In this document: piece after piece, positions 1 to 14,271 of the stretch
Numbering within the stretch: position 1 is the stretch's first letter
How the letters are laid out: every line of letters begins with the position of its first letter
NCBI RefSeq assembly: GCF_000143415.4
Contig: NW_003314272.1
Span: forward strand, 2,319,728 to 2,383,727
Direction of reading: 5' to 3'
DNA length: 64,000 nucleotides
DNA from: Selaginella moellendorffii
Lineage: Eukaryota > Plantae > Lycopodiophyta
Made by a program: the position numbers and the translations under genes
The notes under the pieces: generated by a model
What the model was told of the DNA's origin: nothing
Databases searched by the model: none
Seen by the model: only the letters and a program-made list of their open reading frames with translations

Positions 1-18
1 CGCTTCTTTTTTTCTTAC

Positions 19-100
19 CTGGCGCGATCATCAGCGCCAGCAGCAGCACCAGCGCGGAGCTTTGCATCGTGGATTTCTGCCGGGATTGGAGGATTCTCAT
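19..100 (-). CDS. First exon (signal-peptide-like) of a gene running off the left edge
   Basis: ATG at 100 gives MRILQSRQKSTMQSSALVLLLALMIAP, followed by a G|GTAAG donor at 18; hydrophobic core typical of a signal peptide. Confidence 0.55.
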
Positions 101-311
101 CGCAATGGCGCGCCAATTTTCTCTCTATTTCAAGAGCTAGGGGAGTGGGCGAGGACGACAATGCGAATGACCTGCCCAAAGGGCGTGGCGCCCAATCTTG
201 GCATGCTTTCGAGGGGCGTACCCACAAATCTTGTGTGTGTTGTTCTCGTCAAGGATATGTTATTCATGGATCGATCTTTCTAGCGCTGGAGCTTCTCTAA
301 ACTATTCGTTT

Positions 312-2400
312 TTAAATTTCCGGATATTCTAATGTGCTCAAATCGCCGCCGTCCGCCCGGGTCTCGTGGATCATCCCTCGAGCGCCTCGATTCGCGTAGC
401 TCGCTCGCTCGATGCAAGTTATGATCCTGTTGGCGAGTCTCCTCACAGCGCAAGCTCGATGCCAAGGTGCCATTTCCAAAACCTTTGGATCTCAAACAAA
501 ACAAGGTGTGAGCTATGGTGAGCTTCAGATGATTTCTCCAGGTTACCTCGTCCGAGTTGAAGCTCTCGAGGATTATCCCGCCGCGACAGGGCACCGCAAG
601 ATCCGACCAGTCCATGTCAAAAATTCCAAAGTCCTTGGAAAGTTCCTGGAGCAAAACAAGGAGTTTATACTGTCTAGAAGCAGGAGGGAAGTAATATACC
701 CGACCCAAAGGTGTTTCCGGGTCGCCAATTACTCCAAGCACATAGCCTCTATAATCAGCGTTCGATCCCTGCAGTACGAAAAATACATGAGAAATCGTAT
801 CATCAAAACCAGAACACGAACCTGTCCGTGAATCTCTAGAACTGGCGTTCCCTTCAAACTCTACACGAACGGTAAACACGATTGATCTTAGAACAATTGA
901 TGCTACCTGTCTAGACGCCCAATTCAAATACTCCTCCCAGGAGAGGTTTGGAGCGTCGCGATCAGGACGTAAAACTTGCCAGCCATAACGACGAAGTTGT
1001 CGCTCCAAGACATTGACGACCTTGGAGAACAAAGAAAAAACATTAGAAGTTCACTACAACCAGCGTAACTTACATCAAGGTTGAATTCCCGCTCGCCAGG
1101 AGCACCAGGTTCATATCCAGGATCTATCCAATGACCTGGAACGACTGTGATTCGGTCACTCTTACCAATTTCACGCGAGGATTTGAGGTATGTAGACGTA
1201 GGTAGTACTTTGTGCCTTTTTGTCTGCCAAAACAGAGACAATCACTAGACAAACTTTTAAGATAAAGTCGAAGTACCCGCTTGCTTAAGATTTGCGACAG
1301 TTTGATAGAAGCGATTTTTAGTCGAGCCGGCAAGCTGGTTGCGAAATTTCCACAAAACGCATTTGATGGAACATCTAATTCTCCAGTAGCAACCTGGAAA
1401 CCAAGTCTTATGACCAGTGAAAATCGCCACTGCCGAGAGTTTCCAACTCACCGCTTGACATGTCTTTGTGATTTTGATCCGCTTCGAGTACTGGATTGAT
1501 AAAACATCCTCTCCTTGTTGAACTAATACTCTAAACTGCAGAAAAGTTGGCAATGGTTTCCCCAAATATAAATATCTGCTTACCAGATTTGCAGCTTGCC
1601 AGTCGAGCTTTAATCTCCATTGAGGTCCAAGTGAGCCATTAACCTGTCAGAGAACTAGAACACCTTACTTAGCACACCACAAAACAATCATGCCCAAAAC
1701 CTCTACGCTTGCACATAGTTTCGCTTCGCCACCACCAGCATCAAACGTTCTCGTTATGCTCAGCGCAGGCACGGGAAAAAGCTCGACGACAGGACGCAGG
1801 GCTGCACAGCCCAACACCCTTCAATCACTAAACGATGGAAAAAGTGAAAGATCAAACCACTCGGAGAATAAAAGCTGCAGTACCTAGCTTCCCGCAAAAC
1901 AGTGACATTGGCTTGATCTTCGCATAAGCAAATGTGCGCGGGGAATCCATTCTCCAGTCCTCTTTTTTCCAGTCCTCTTTCGTCACTTTGATCCCCAAGA
2001 CAAGGGAGAGGGGACACCACTGCCATCGCCATCTTGCATCGTCGGCTGGATTACAAACTAAAAGTAAGAACCATTTGAAAGAAGAGGAGGAAAAGAACAC
2101 TCACACAAGCCCAAGCAATCTGGAAACGCAAGAGCGCGCTGGAACTTGACAAGAAATCCATTCGCGGGGCTGATCTTCGCTCCCAGCTTCCATCTATACT
2201 CCTGCAAGAGGAATTAGTCCCTATGAAAGAAAATGCGGGTATCCATTAGATCTAAGCTAGCTCACCCGCGATCGAACGCGCTTGTAGTGAACTGGAGGTA
2301 CATATAATCTGTACGGCCGAGTGAAGCATTGCTCTCCTATACAAACCTCGTCCTCCTCGTCGAACTCTGGGAGGTAGCACGGCGGCCCTTCCTCCCCCAT
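312..2400 (-). CDS. Beta-strand-rich N-terminal domain fused to an N-acetylmuramoyl-L-alanine amidase (Amidase_3)-like domain, ~465 aa, 13 exons
   Basis: GT-AG exons 2400-2266, 2201-2105, 2045-1884, 1801-1701, 1643-1584, 1535-1452, 1393-1277, 1223-1074, 1020-907, 860-822, 768-700, 645-547 and 482-312 join into one open frame. Motifs ITVVPGH...EREFNLDVVNVLERQLRRYGWQV...VLEIHGQG...GGIILESFN match the H/E/H/E pattern of Zn amidases. Confidence 0.75.
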
Positions 2401-2511
2401 TTGCCCTAAAAACAGGGGAGATGGGGTTTAGCTCGTACGGCGCCACGTTGCAAGGTCAAAAAGATCAAAAGCGTCAGACGAAGGCGCTAGGGTTGGGGCA
2501 GAGGAAGAGCG

Positions 2512-4913
2512 ATGGCAATGGGCGGCAGAGCGCGCGGTGTGGCGTCCAAGCTTCGCCGCATTTCGGTCTGTGTCGTCGCATCTCTCGACCTCGTCTTAGC
2601 TCCTGTGATTGATCCGTGCAGGCTGGTTGCGAGATTGCTCCGCATTGGTGGTTTCGGCGATTGCTGACGACGGTAGGCGCTTGCCCGTGCGATATTTCGG
2701 GATCTGGCGTGTGATTTGTGCTGGCAATTCTTGTAGGATCTTCGATCGCGGCTGGCGGAACTGATTCCGGGAGAACAGGTGAGGTCACTGAGCTTTCCTG
2801 GAAAGCGGTAGATGAGCACTATCGTCTTCTCTATAGGAGCGACTGAAAAAGCTGAAAAAGGAGCATGGATCAGTTCCGCTCGGCCAAACCACAGTCGATA
2901 TGGTATGCGTTTGTTTGAGCTAGTTAGTCATATCTATGATCTCTCTATTCGCTTCAGGCCATTGGTGGAATGCGAGGGATTAAAGGCATGCTTTGGGAAA
3001 CGTCCCTGCTCGATCCTGAAGAGGTAGTCAAGGATTTATTTGTTCTTTGCTGTTTCAGCGTCCTTGGCAAACAGGGTATTCGTTTTCGGGGCTTGTCCAT
3101 TCCAGAGTGTCAAGAGAAGCTTCCAGCTGCCGTTTCCGACGGTGAACCGATACCAGAAGGACTGTTTTGGCTGCTTGTTACTGGTGAGGTAAGGCATTAG
3201 GCTTTCAAATGTTTTGACTTTCTTATACATTGTTCCCTTCAGGTTCCCAGTAAGGAACAAGCTGCGACGTTGACGAAAGACTGGGCTTCTCGTTCTGACA
3301 TTCCGGGCAAGTTCGATTACAATCTTTTTGCTTGTCTCACAGAAATGTGTTTCATTCAGGTCATGTGTATGACGTTGTGAATGCACTTCCGATTAATGCG
3401 CATCCAATGACACAGTTGACTGCTGGAGTTATGGCTTTGCAAGTAAGTGTTTGACATAGTTCAAGAACAGTTACTGAGCTCGTGCTACAGACCGACAGCG
3501 AGTTTCAGAAGGCGTATGAGAAGGGAATTCACAAATCAAAGTGAGTAGTCGTAGTTATATATATTCCTGATAATTGAGCGGTGTGTCTAGGTTTTGGGAA
3601 CCAGTGTACGAAGATTCGATGAACTTGATTGCTAGGTTGCCAGGCCTAGCGTCCTACATCTACCAAAGGTTTGCATAATTTGCAACTTGTAGTGATGCTA
3701 AATGTTTTCGCTGCAGAACATACCATGGAGGCAAGCTGATTGAGTCAAACAAGTCGCTGGATTATGGAGCCAACTTTGCTCACATGCTGGGTTTTAAGGA
3801 GCCCAAAATGTATGAGCTGATGCGCCTGTATCTTTCTATTCACAGGTTAGTCTGCTACAGTTTCCTTTGCCGTGAAATGAGGATGGCGTAATTGACTTTC
3901 AGCGATCACGAGGGAGGAAATGTTAGTGCACATACCGTGCGGCTGGTAAGTTTTTGTGATCTTCTCCAAAAATACTCTTGATGACTATTTATCTCTAGGT
4001 GGGGAGTGCACTATCGGACCCGTACCTTTCTTTTGCGGCCGGAATGAATGGTTTGGCGGGTCCATTGCATGGTCTTGCAAACCAGGTTTGAGTTTATCAT
4101 CGTGTGTTCTGGCCTGAAGTCTGAAACTCAATCAGGAAGTGTTGCGTTGGATTAATGAAGCCGTTGAAGCGATCGGAGCTGATGCTTCCAAGGAAAAGCT
4201 GACAAAATACGTAAAAGATACTTTGAATAGTGGAAAGGTCAGCTTTGTTTGGAATGAAAAAAATTTAAAAAATCAGTTGCTTAACTCTGCTGTACAGGTG
4301 GTTCCAGGCTATGGACATGCAGTGCTGCGTAAAACGGACCCTAGGTACACTTGCCAGCGCGAATTTGCACTAAAGCATCTGCCCGACGATCCGATCTTCA
4401 AAATGGTAGCCTTCAATTGTTGCTTTATTTTCTCATTTGGCCACACTCTGATCACAGGTATCCAATCTTTACGAAGTTGTGCCTGATATTCTTCTTGAAA
4501 CGGGAAAGGTAATACTCGCTATTCACGGCAATCATAATGCCCCCCTTCCAGGTGAAAAATCCTTGGCCTAACGTGGATGCGCATAGCGGAGTGCTTCTAC
4601 AATACTTCGGGTTGACTGAAGAGAAGTACGTTTTTCCTCTTTTTCCTCTCTTTTTTCTCATTAAAGGAAAAAAGGCTCTGACCACTTTACTTTTCTTCTC
4701 GCAGCTACTATACCGTGTTGTTTGGCGTCTCTCGGGCCTTAGGCGTTCTTGCACAGGTACTACCATTGTGCTTCCAAGCTCTCCAATTGACTGCTTGTAT
4801 CGTACCTTCAGCTGGTGTGGGATCGCGCACTTGGTCTTCCAATTGAAAGGCCAAAGAGCATGACCATGGGGTGGCTGGAGAACTATTGCAAGAAGCAAAC
4901 CGTGACAGCGTAA
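2512..4913 (+). CDS. CSY: Mitochondrial citrate synthase (multi-exon)
   Basis: [83 protein letters not shown]; Arg-rich presequence-like N-terminus. Confidence 0.95.
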
Positions 4914-5719
4914 GTCGACGCTCTCGAAATTTTCATTCTCGTTTTCTTTCGTGAATAACGGCCGGTGTAAAAATACAATGTGGTGATAAGGATTGACAAA
5001 TCCAATGAAATGAACAACAGGAAGAAGAAGTGAAGTGAGAGTCTCTCCGACATGGAGGTACTTGAGTCTCGACATGGAGAGGCATCATGAGAGAGAGGAT
5101 GGATTGAACGGCGTGGGATTTGATTCCTAGCTATGAAAAGCTTCGCCACCGAGGAGGCCAGCTTCACTATGCTGGCCTTTTCCATCACCGCAGTGGTCTT
5201 TTTCTCAAGAACAGCGCCGTGGAGATCCGACACCACTCCACCGAGAAAACGAAAAAGAAGAGAGCTTGGATCTTGAGTGGAGATGCGGAAAAATCTGAGG
5301 CTCGCAAAGTCACTCCTTTACTAATTTTATTTTCGCCCATTTGAACGCGAACTTTCTTCCTCTCTTTCTCGTTATAAAGCGTTGACACTGGTTAGTGCGT
5401 TGCATCTCGCCCGCGTGGCACTTGTAAGGGCTGGAGCTCCGCCACGTCAGGCAACGTAAGCCTGTGTGTAAAGGCTGGGCGAGTCCTTCACCGAAGCAAC
5501 CGGGATGGATCCTCCTCTTCCTTTTTCTTTTCGAAACTTATATCTCTTTTTGGCTATGGCGGAAACTAGGGTTTGGAGCTTTACGGTGTAACCGCTGGGC
5601 GCTGGACTATTAGGGTTGTAGGATCCGGCGATCGGCGCCTCGGGCAGCGCGACGTGTCGATCGGTAGTCTCATGAATTCGCGAGCTCAAGGAAGAGCTCA
5701 GGATTCCAGGCACTCTCCG

Positions 5720-9295
<3,576 letters not shown>

Positions 9296-10174
9296 AAAGG
9301 AAACATTATGATTCTTTTTCTTTCTCCCCCAGAAATTTTTTCTAGTAATAACCCTATTAACAAAAAGAAACAACTTGATTAGAGTTTTTTCAAACATTTG
9401 GCTTAAACTAACTAAAAAATTCTTAGTCCATGTAGGTTTTATATTTAATTTACAGTAGATTTTTTTTATCCATTTAGTATGTGGAGTATTGCAACTTGAG
9501 AAACTCAATCAAATCTAGAGTTTGTATAAGTGTTTTATTACCAAGAGAAAGAGAAATTGTATTGGCAATAATCTGTTAAAGCCTATCTCGAGATAAAGAT
9601 CACTTGGAAGGAACAAAAGGAATTTTACTACACCCTACACTCTCTTGTTTCAGCCACCCGAATCTCTTCCGTTCTACGCAAGTAGATAGCCAAGTGGCAC
9701 AAAGCAGCCTGACTAGGGAGATCCCTCTCAGCCCAAAAGATCCCAGGGAGTTGAGCCTCACGTCATATAGAACGTGATAGACATCTTTTACCTATAATAA
9801 AGAGAAAAACAAGCCACCATTCGATTATACTTAGTATATTCATTACAAACCAAAGAATCTTATGAAATAGAGTCTTGCAGAATCTTCTTTGCAGCCAGAT
9901 ATTTGAATATAAAACCCACGTTAGATCCACTTGAGCCAGATCGCCACAAAGCATCATTCTCTACTCAGAGACTCAACACCCAATCTCTCTCTCTCTCTAA
10001 AAAAGTGATATATTTTGTATAGAAAATATATTCGACCTGTAAGTTGAACTTATAGGGAAAAGTTTTCTATAACACGCATCTTATTTAGGATGTTAGACCA
10101 GAATATCCACTAATTGTGAAAAAGGTGACAAAAACTATATAATAACATCCTCTATAGTAGGGTTTCACGTAGCA

Positions 10175-11482
10175 ATGTTCAAAGGAATTCTATTGTTGTT
10201 CATGGTATGGACTTGTGCAGCTCTTGCATCAGGGAGCAAGACCGCTTCCAGTTCCAAGCCCTCTTGCCTGATCGGTGGCACGACCTTCAACTTGCAAGAC
10301 TACGGTGCCAAAGGTGACGGCGTCACAGATGACACGCAAGCCCTCGAGAGAGCATGGCAAGATGCATGCAAATCTCCAGACGCAACGCTTCTCATCCCCG
10401 GTGGCAAGACGTTCCTCATCGCCCAGGTCTCACTCCAGGGCCCATGCAAGCCCAACACAAAGATACGTATCGAGGGCAACATCCACGCCCCGGACGCATC
10501 CTCGTGGAGCAACTCCAACTCCGCCCCCTGGATCCAGATCAAGAACCTCGAAGGCCTCAAGGTGGAGGCAACCGGGACGCTGGACGGAAACGGCACATCG
10601 TGGTGGTCTCGGGCCTGCAAGCCCACGCCGGGGTCGACGTCGTGTAGGAAAGCCCCGACCTCGATCGAGTTCAACACGGTCAAGAACCTCCGGGTCAACG
10701 GCCTGGAGGTGGTCAATAGCCCGCGCATGCACGTTAACTTTAATGGCTGCCAGCACGTAGCCGCGCAGTGGCTGCGGATCAACTCCCCCGGCAACAGCCC
10801 AAACACCGACGGTATCCACATCACGAACTCGCAGGACGTCGTGATCAAGTACGCCATGGTTGCCGCGGGTGACGACTGCGTCTCCATCGTCGGGGGCTCC
10901 TCCAACATCGACGTGAGCTCCATCGTGTGCGGCCCCGGCCATGGAATCAGCATTGGGAGCTTGGGAGGTGGCGACGTGGTGTCCGGTGTGAGAGTCCGCA
11001 ACGCTAATCTGATTGGAACCACCAACGGAGTGAGGATCAAGAGCTACAAGAATGGGCATGGCGCGGTGAGCGATGTGAGCTTCGAGGACGTGAGGATGGA
11101 CGAGGTGGCCAACCCCATCATCATCGACCAGGCCTACTGCGACGCGCACGAGCACGACTGTGGCGCGGAGGCGGCGGCAGAGGAGGTGAGTGGCGTGAGC
11201 ATCAGTGGCGTGAGGTACAAGAACATCAGCGGTACCTCCAAGACCAAGACGGCGATCACGCTCAGGTGTAGCCAAGTTGTGGGCTGCGACGGAATCGAGC
11301 TGGACAACGTGGAGATCACTCAGGCAACCAAGGGGGCGAATGCTGATGCGAGGTGTAGCAATGCGTATGGAGTGGCGGGCAAGAATGTGTTCCCGGAGAG
11401 CTGCCTGGCGGCGCAGGAGCTAAAGTCGAGAAGAGCGAGCTCGAGCGTGCAGGCTGAAAAGGTCTCCTTGCCATTTAGCTAA
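10175..11482 (+). CDS. Secreted polygalacturonase (GH28), intronless
   Basis: Signal peptide; YGAKGDG; catalytic motifs SPNTDG, GDD, CGPGHG, RIK. Confidence 0.93.
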   Translation: MFKGILLLFMVWTCAALASGSKTASSSKPSCLIGGTTFNLQDYGAKGDGVTDDTQALERAWQDACKSPDATLLIPGGKTFLIAQVSLQGPCKPNTKIRIEGNIHAPDASSWSNSNSAPWIQIKNLEGLKVEATGTLDGNGTSWWSRACKPTPGSTSCRKAPTSIEFNTVKNLRVNGLEVVNSPRMHVNFNGCQHVAAQWLRINSPGNSPNTDGIHITNSQDVVIKYAMVAAGDDCVSIVGGSSNIDVSSIVCGPGHGISIGSLGGGDVVSGVRVRNANLIGTTNGVRIKSYKNGHGAVSDVSFEDVRMDEVANPIIIDQAYCDAHEHDCGAEAAAEEVSGVSISGVRYKNISGTSKTKTAITLRCSQVVGCDGIELDNVEITQATKGANADARCSNAYGVAGKNVFPESCLAAQELKSRRASSSVQAEKVSLPFS

Positions 11483-11665
11483 AAGTTCAAATCAGTTTTG
11501 ACGGCCAACTATGGTGAAAAGCGTGATTGTTTTGATGAAGTGTTGGTTGGATTGTGTCAAGCTAGACCTGAGCCTTCTCTCATAATAGCAAAGAAGGTAT
11601 GCGCAACCTAAAACCTAAGTTGATTAATACAAGACTTAAGAGTCGTCTAAAAATTCCTGCCCCAT

Positions 11666-11766
11666 AAACCCTAAAATCTAGATTTTAAAATTTCTAGGAC
11701 ATTGATCGACCGTTCGATTCGCACTCTTTCATTTTTAACGATATGCCCTAAAATCGTAAAACCCTA
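11666..11766 (+). promoter_or_regulatory. Two telo-box (AAACCCTA) elements upstream of the P-class PPR gene
   Basis: AAACCCTA at 11666-11673 and 11759-11766; further copies at 5567-5574 (reverse) and 47221-47228. Confidence 0.4.
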
Positions 11767-11874
11767 CACCCTACGAGCAAGAGGAAGAGGAAGAGGAAGA
11801 GCAATGCCGGGGGTGATCACAGGTAGCCACATTCCTTGCTAGCTAGGCTATGAGTGCCACCACATCTCTCGCCC

Positions 11875-14271
11875 ATGCGCGCTGCGCTCTTGACAAGGCT
11901 ATGTGCTCGTCGCCCCAGCCGCACTCCAGCAATGGCGCGACGATCAAGCAGCTCCACCACTTGCGCCAGCGGCGGCGGGGGCGGCGACGCATTCGCCTTC
12001 GTCGTCCAGAGCATCCTCTCGGCGCTCAATCCTACCGAGGTGGGTCTCAACGCCGCCGCGCTCGCTCCCTTCGCGCGCTACCTCTCCCACGACGTCGTCC
12101 TCGAGATCATCCGCCGCGCCAGCCGGAAGAAAGGCCTCGAGTTCTTCCACTGGGCTCGCTCCACCAGCGGCGCCTCCGGCTACCGCCACTCCGCCGCCGC
12201 CTACGAGTCCCTCATCGCCCGCCTCTGCGACGCCCGCGACGCCGCCGCCGCGCTCCTCCTCCTCCGCGCCATGCGCAGCGACGGCCTCCAGCCCAGCATC
12301 CACAGCCTCGTCGCGCTCCTCCGCGCCTACGTCGAGCTCGGCCAGATCGACGAGGCCGGGGAGATCTTCTGCTACGTGCGCAGTGCCGCCACCGTGCCGC
12401 CCGAGGCCTACTCGAGCATGATCGACGCCTTTGCGCGGCACCGCCGCTTTGACGACGCTCTCGAGCTCTCCCGCGAGGCGCTCTCGCGGGGCATCGCCGC
12501 CGACCACCACCCGCTGCTCTACGCGCTCTGCAAGGCGGACAAGATCGACGTCGCCGCCGGATGCTTGCAAGCGCTGCTGGATCACAACTTCAAGGTGGCG
12601 AGCGTGGATTGCAGCGTGGTGGTGGACGCGCTCGCTCGCGCGGACAAGCTGGAGATGGCGGCCAAGCTCCTGGAGAGATCGGTGGTGGAAGCTGGCGTTA
12701 AAGTCGACTCGCAGGCTTTCACGCTCCTCGCCACGAAGCTCTTCCGGCGCTCCAAGTTCTCCGAGGTGGTCCGGCTCTTCACGCTCCTGGCGTCCAGAGG
12801 CGTGGTCTATGGCGAGACCACGTACAAGCTCGTCGTGGACGGCCTTTGCGGCGCCGGGATGGCGAACCAGGCACTGGAGCTCGTCCGGGAGCTCAGCGGC
12901 GTCTACACTCCCACGCTCTTCATCTACAACGGGATCATCACGGGCTTGTGCCGGGCTTCCAGAGTCATGGACGCGTACAAAGTTCTGGAGAAGATGGTGG
13001 AGGAGTCCATCGTTCCAAACGTTTTCACGTACACCATCCTGCTCAACGGGCTGTGCCGGAGCAACAAGACGAAGCTGGCGCGCGAGGTGTTCCAGGAGAT
13101 GAAGCGAAACGGCTGCAAGCCAAACCCGATAACTTACGGCACGCTCATCCAGCACCTGAGCCGGGCCGGGGAGATCGACGAGGCGCTGCGTGTGATGATC
13201 GAGCAGCGCAGCCTGGAGCTCCCGACGGACGTGATTACGTGCACCACGATCGTCGGGGGGCTGTGCAAGGCCAGCCGGCTCGACGACGCGCTCAAGTTCA
13301 TGGAGGAGATGCGACAGATGGGAGTCCGTCCCAACGAGGTGACTTACAGCAACCTCGTGCATGGCTTCCGGCAGCACGGGGAGTTGGACCGGGTGATCCG
13401 TTTCTTCGAGGAGGAGAAGGCACGAAAAGGTGGCTCGCTCGAGGCAGCGGCGTATCCCGGCTACCTGGACGCGCTGTGCAAGGCGGGCTACCTGGACCGA
13501 GCTCGCAAGTCTGTGGAGGAGCTCCGGCAGTCCGGGGTCGTCCCGGACGTGGTGACTTACAGCATGCTCATCAACACATTCGCCCGGGCGGGCCAGTTTG
13601 ACGCTTCCTTGGAGCTGCTCGAGGACATGCGGAGGAACGGCGTGAAGCCGGACGTGGTGACTTACTCGACGCTCATCAACGTTCTGTGCAAGGAGAGGAA
13701 GTTCCAGGACGCGTTCCGGCTGCTGGAGCTCATGGAGGCGGCCGGGTCGCCGCCGAACGTCGTGACTTACAACAGCGTCATGGACGGGCTGTGCAAGAGC
13801 GGCAAGATGGACGAGGTTCACAGGGTCTACGAGATGATGCTCAAGAGCCGCTGCTCGCCGGACGTGGTGACTTACAGCATCATCATGAACGGCCTGTCCA
13901 AGGCCGGGATGCTCGACTCGGCCGTGAAGCTGTTCGAGCTTATCAAGTCAAGCCGCGAGGGGCCCGACGCGGCGGCCTACAGCATGGTTATCACGAGCCT
14001 GTGCCGAGCCGGGAAGCTGGAGGAGGCCTGCGGTATGTACCACGGGATGGAGGTGACGGTGGCCGGGGATAACATATGCCGCGCGCTCGCGGGGCTGGTT
14101 GCCGCGCTGTGTGACGCCGAGAGGACCGACTCGGCACGCAGGATTGTGGAGGTTGCGAGCGAGAGGGGCCACCGCATGACCAAGAGCGGTGATACTGATC
14201 TCGTCAAGATTGTCGAGGACCACCTCTTGGAGTCAAAAGAAGAACACGCGGATGCTGAGTGGAAAGCTTGA
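11875..14271 (+). CDS. P-class pentatricopeptide repeat protein, organelle-targeted
   Basis: Tandem 35-aa repeats (PDVVTYSMLINTF, PNVVTYNSVMDGLCK); Arg/Ser-rich N-terminus; first ATG at 11875. Confidence 0.93.
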   Translation: MRAALLTRLCARRPSRTPAMARRSSSSTTCASGGGGGDAFAFVVQSILSALNPTEVGLNAAALAPFARYLSHDVVLEIIRRASRKKGLEFFHWARSTSGASGYRHSAAAYESLIARLCDARDAAAALLLLRAMRSDGLQPSIHSLVALLRAYVELGQIDEAGEIFCYVRSAATVPPEAYSSMIDAFARHRRFDDALELSREALSRGIAADHHPLLYALCKADKIDVAAGCLQALLDHNFKVASVDCSVVVDALARADKLEMAAKLLERSVVEAGVKVDSQAFTLLATKLFRRSKFSEVVRLFTLLASRGVVYGETTYKLVVDGLCGAGMANQALELVRELSGVYTPTLFIYNGIITGLCRASRVMDAYKVLEKMVEESIVPNVFTYTILLNGLCRSNKTKLAREVFQEMKRNGCKPNPITYGTLIQHLSRAGEIDEALRVMIEQRSLELPTDVITCTTIVGGLCKASRLDDALKFMEEMRQMGVRPNEVTYSNLVHGFRQHGELDRVIRFFEEEKARKGGSLEAAAYPGYLDALCKAGYLDRARKSVEELRQSGVVPDVVTYSMLINTFARAGQFDASLELLEDMRRNGVKPDVVTYSTLINVLCKERKFQDAFRLLELMEAAGSPPNVVTYNSVMDGLCKSGKMDEVHRVYEMMLKSRCSPDVVTYSIIMNGLSKAGMLDSAVKLFELIKSSREGPDAAAYSMVITSLCRAGKLEEACGMYHGMEVTVAGDNICRALAGLVAALCDAERTDSARRIVEVASERGHRMTKSGDTDLVKIVEDHLLESKEEHADAEWKA

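Noticed and set aside
280-1032. 250-aa ORF taken as a stand-alone protein
   Set aside because: It reads through introns and misses the LEIH exon and true C-terminus; it is part of the 13-exon gene
4883-5390. Short ORFs between citrate synthase and ECA, including a 47-aa ATG ORF at 5133
   Set aside because: No recognisable motif or splice support; could be UTR or intergenic
11944-13821. 625-aa antisense ORF (also 16782-18497 and similar)
   Set aside because: Shadow ORFs caused by GC-rich codon usage of the PPR genes on the opposite strand or frame
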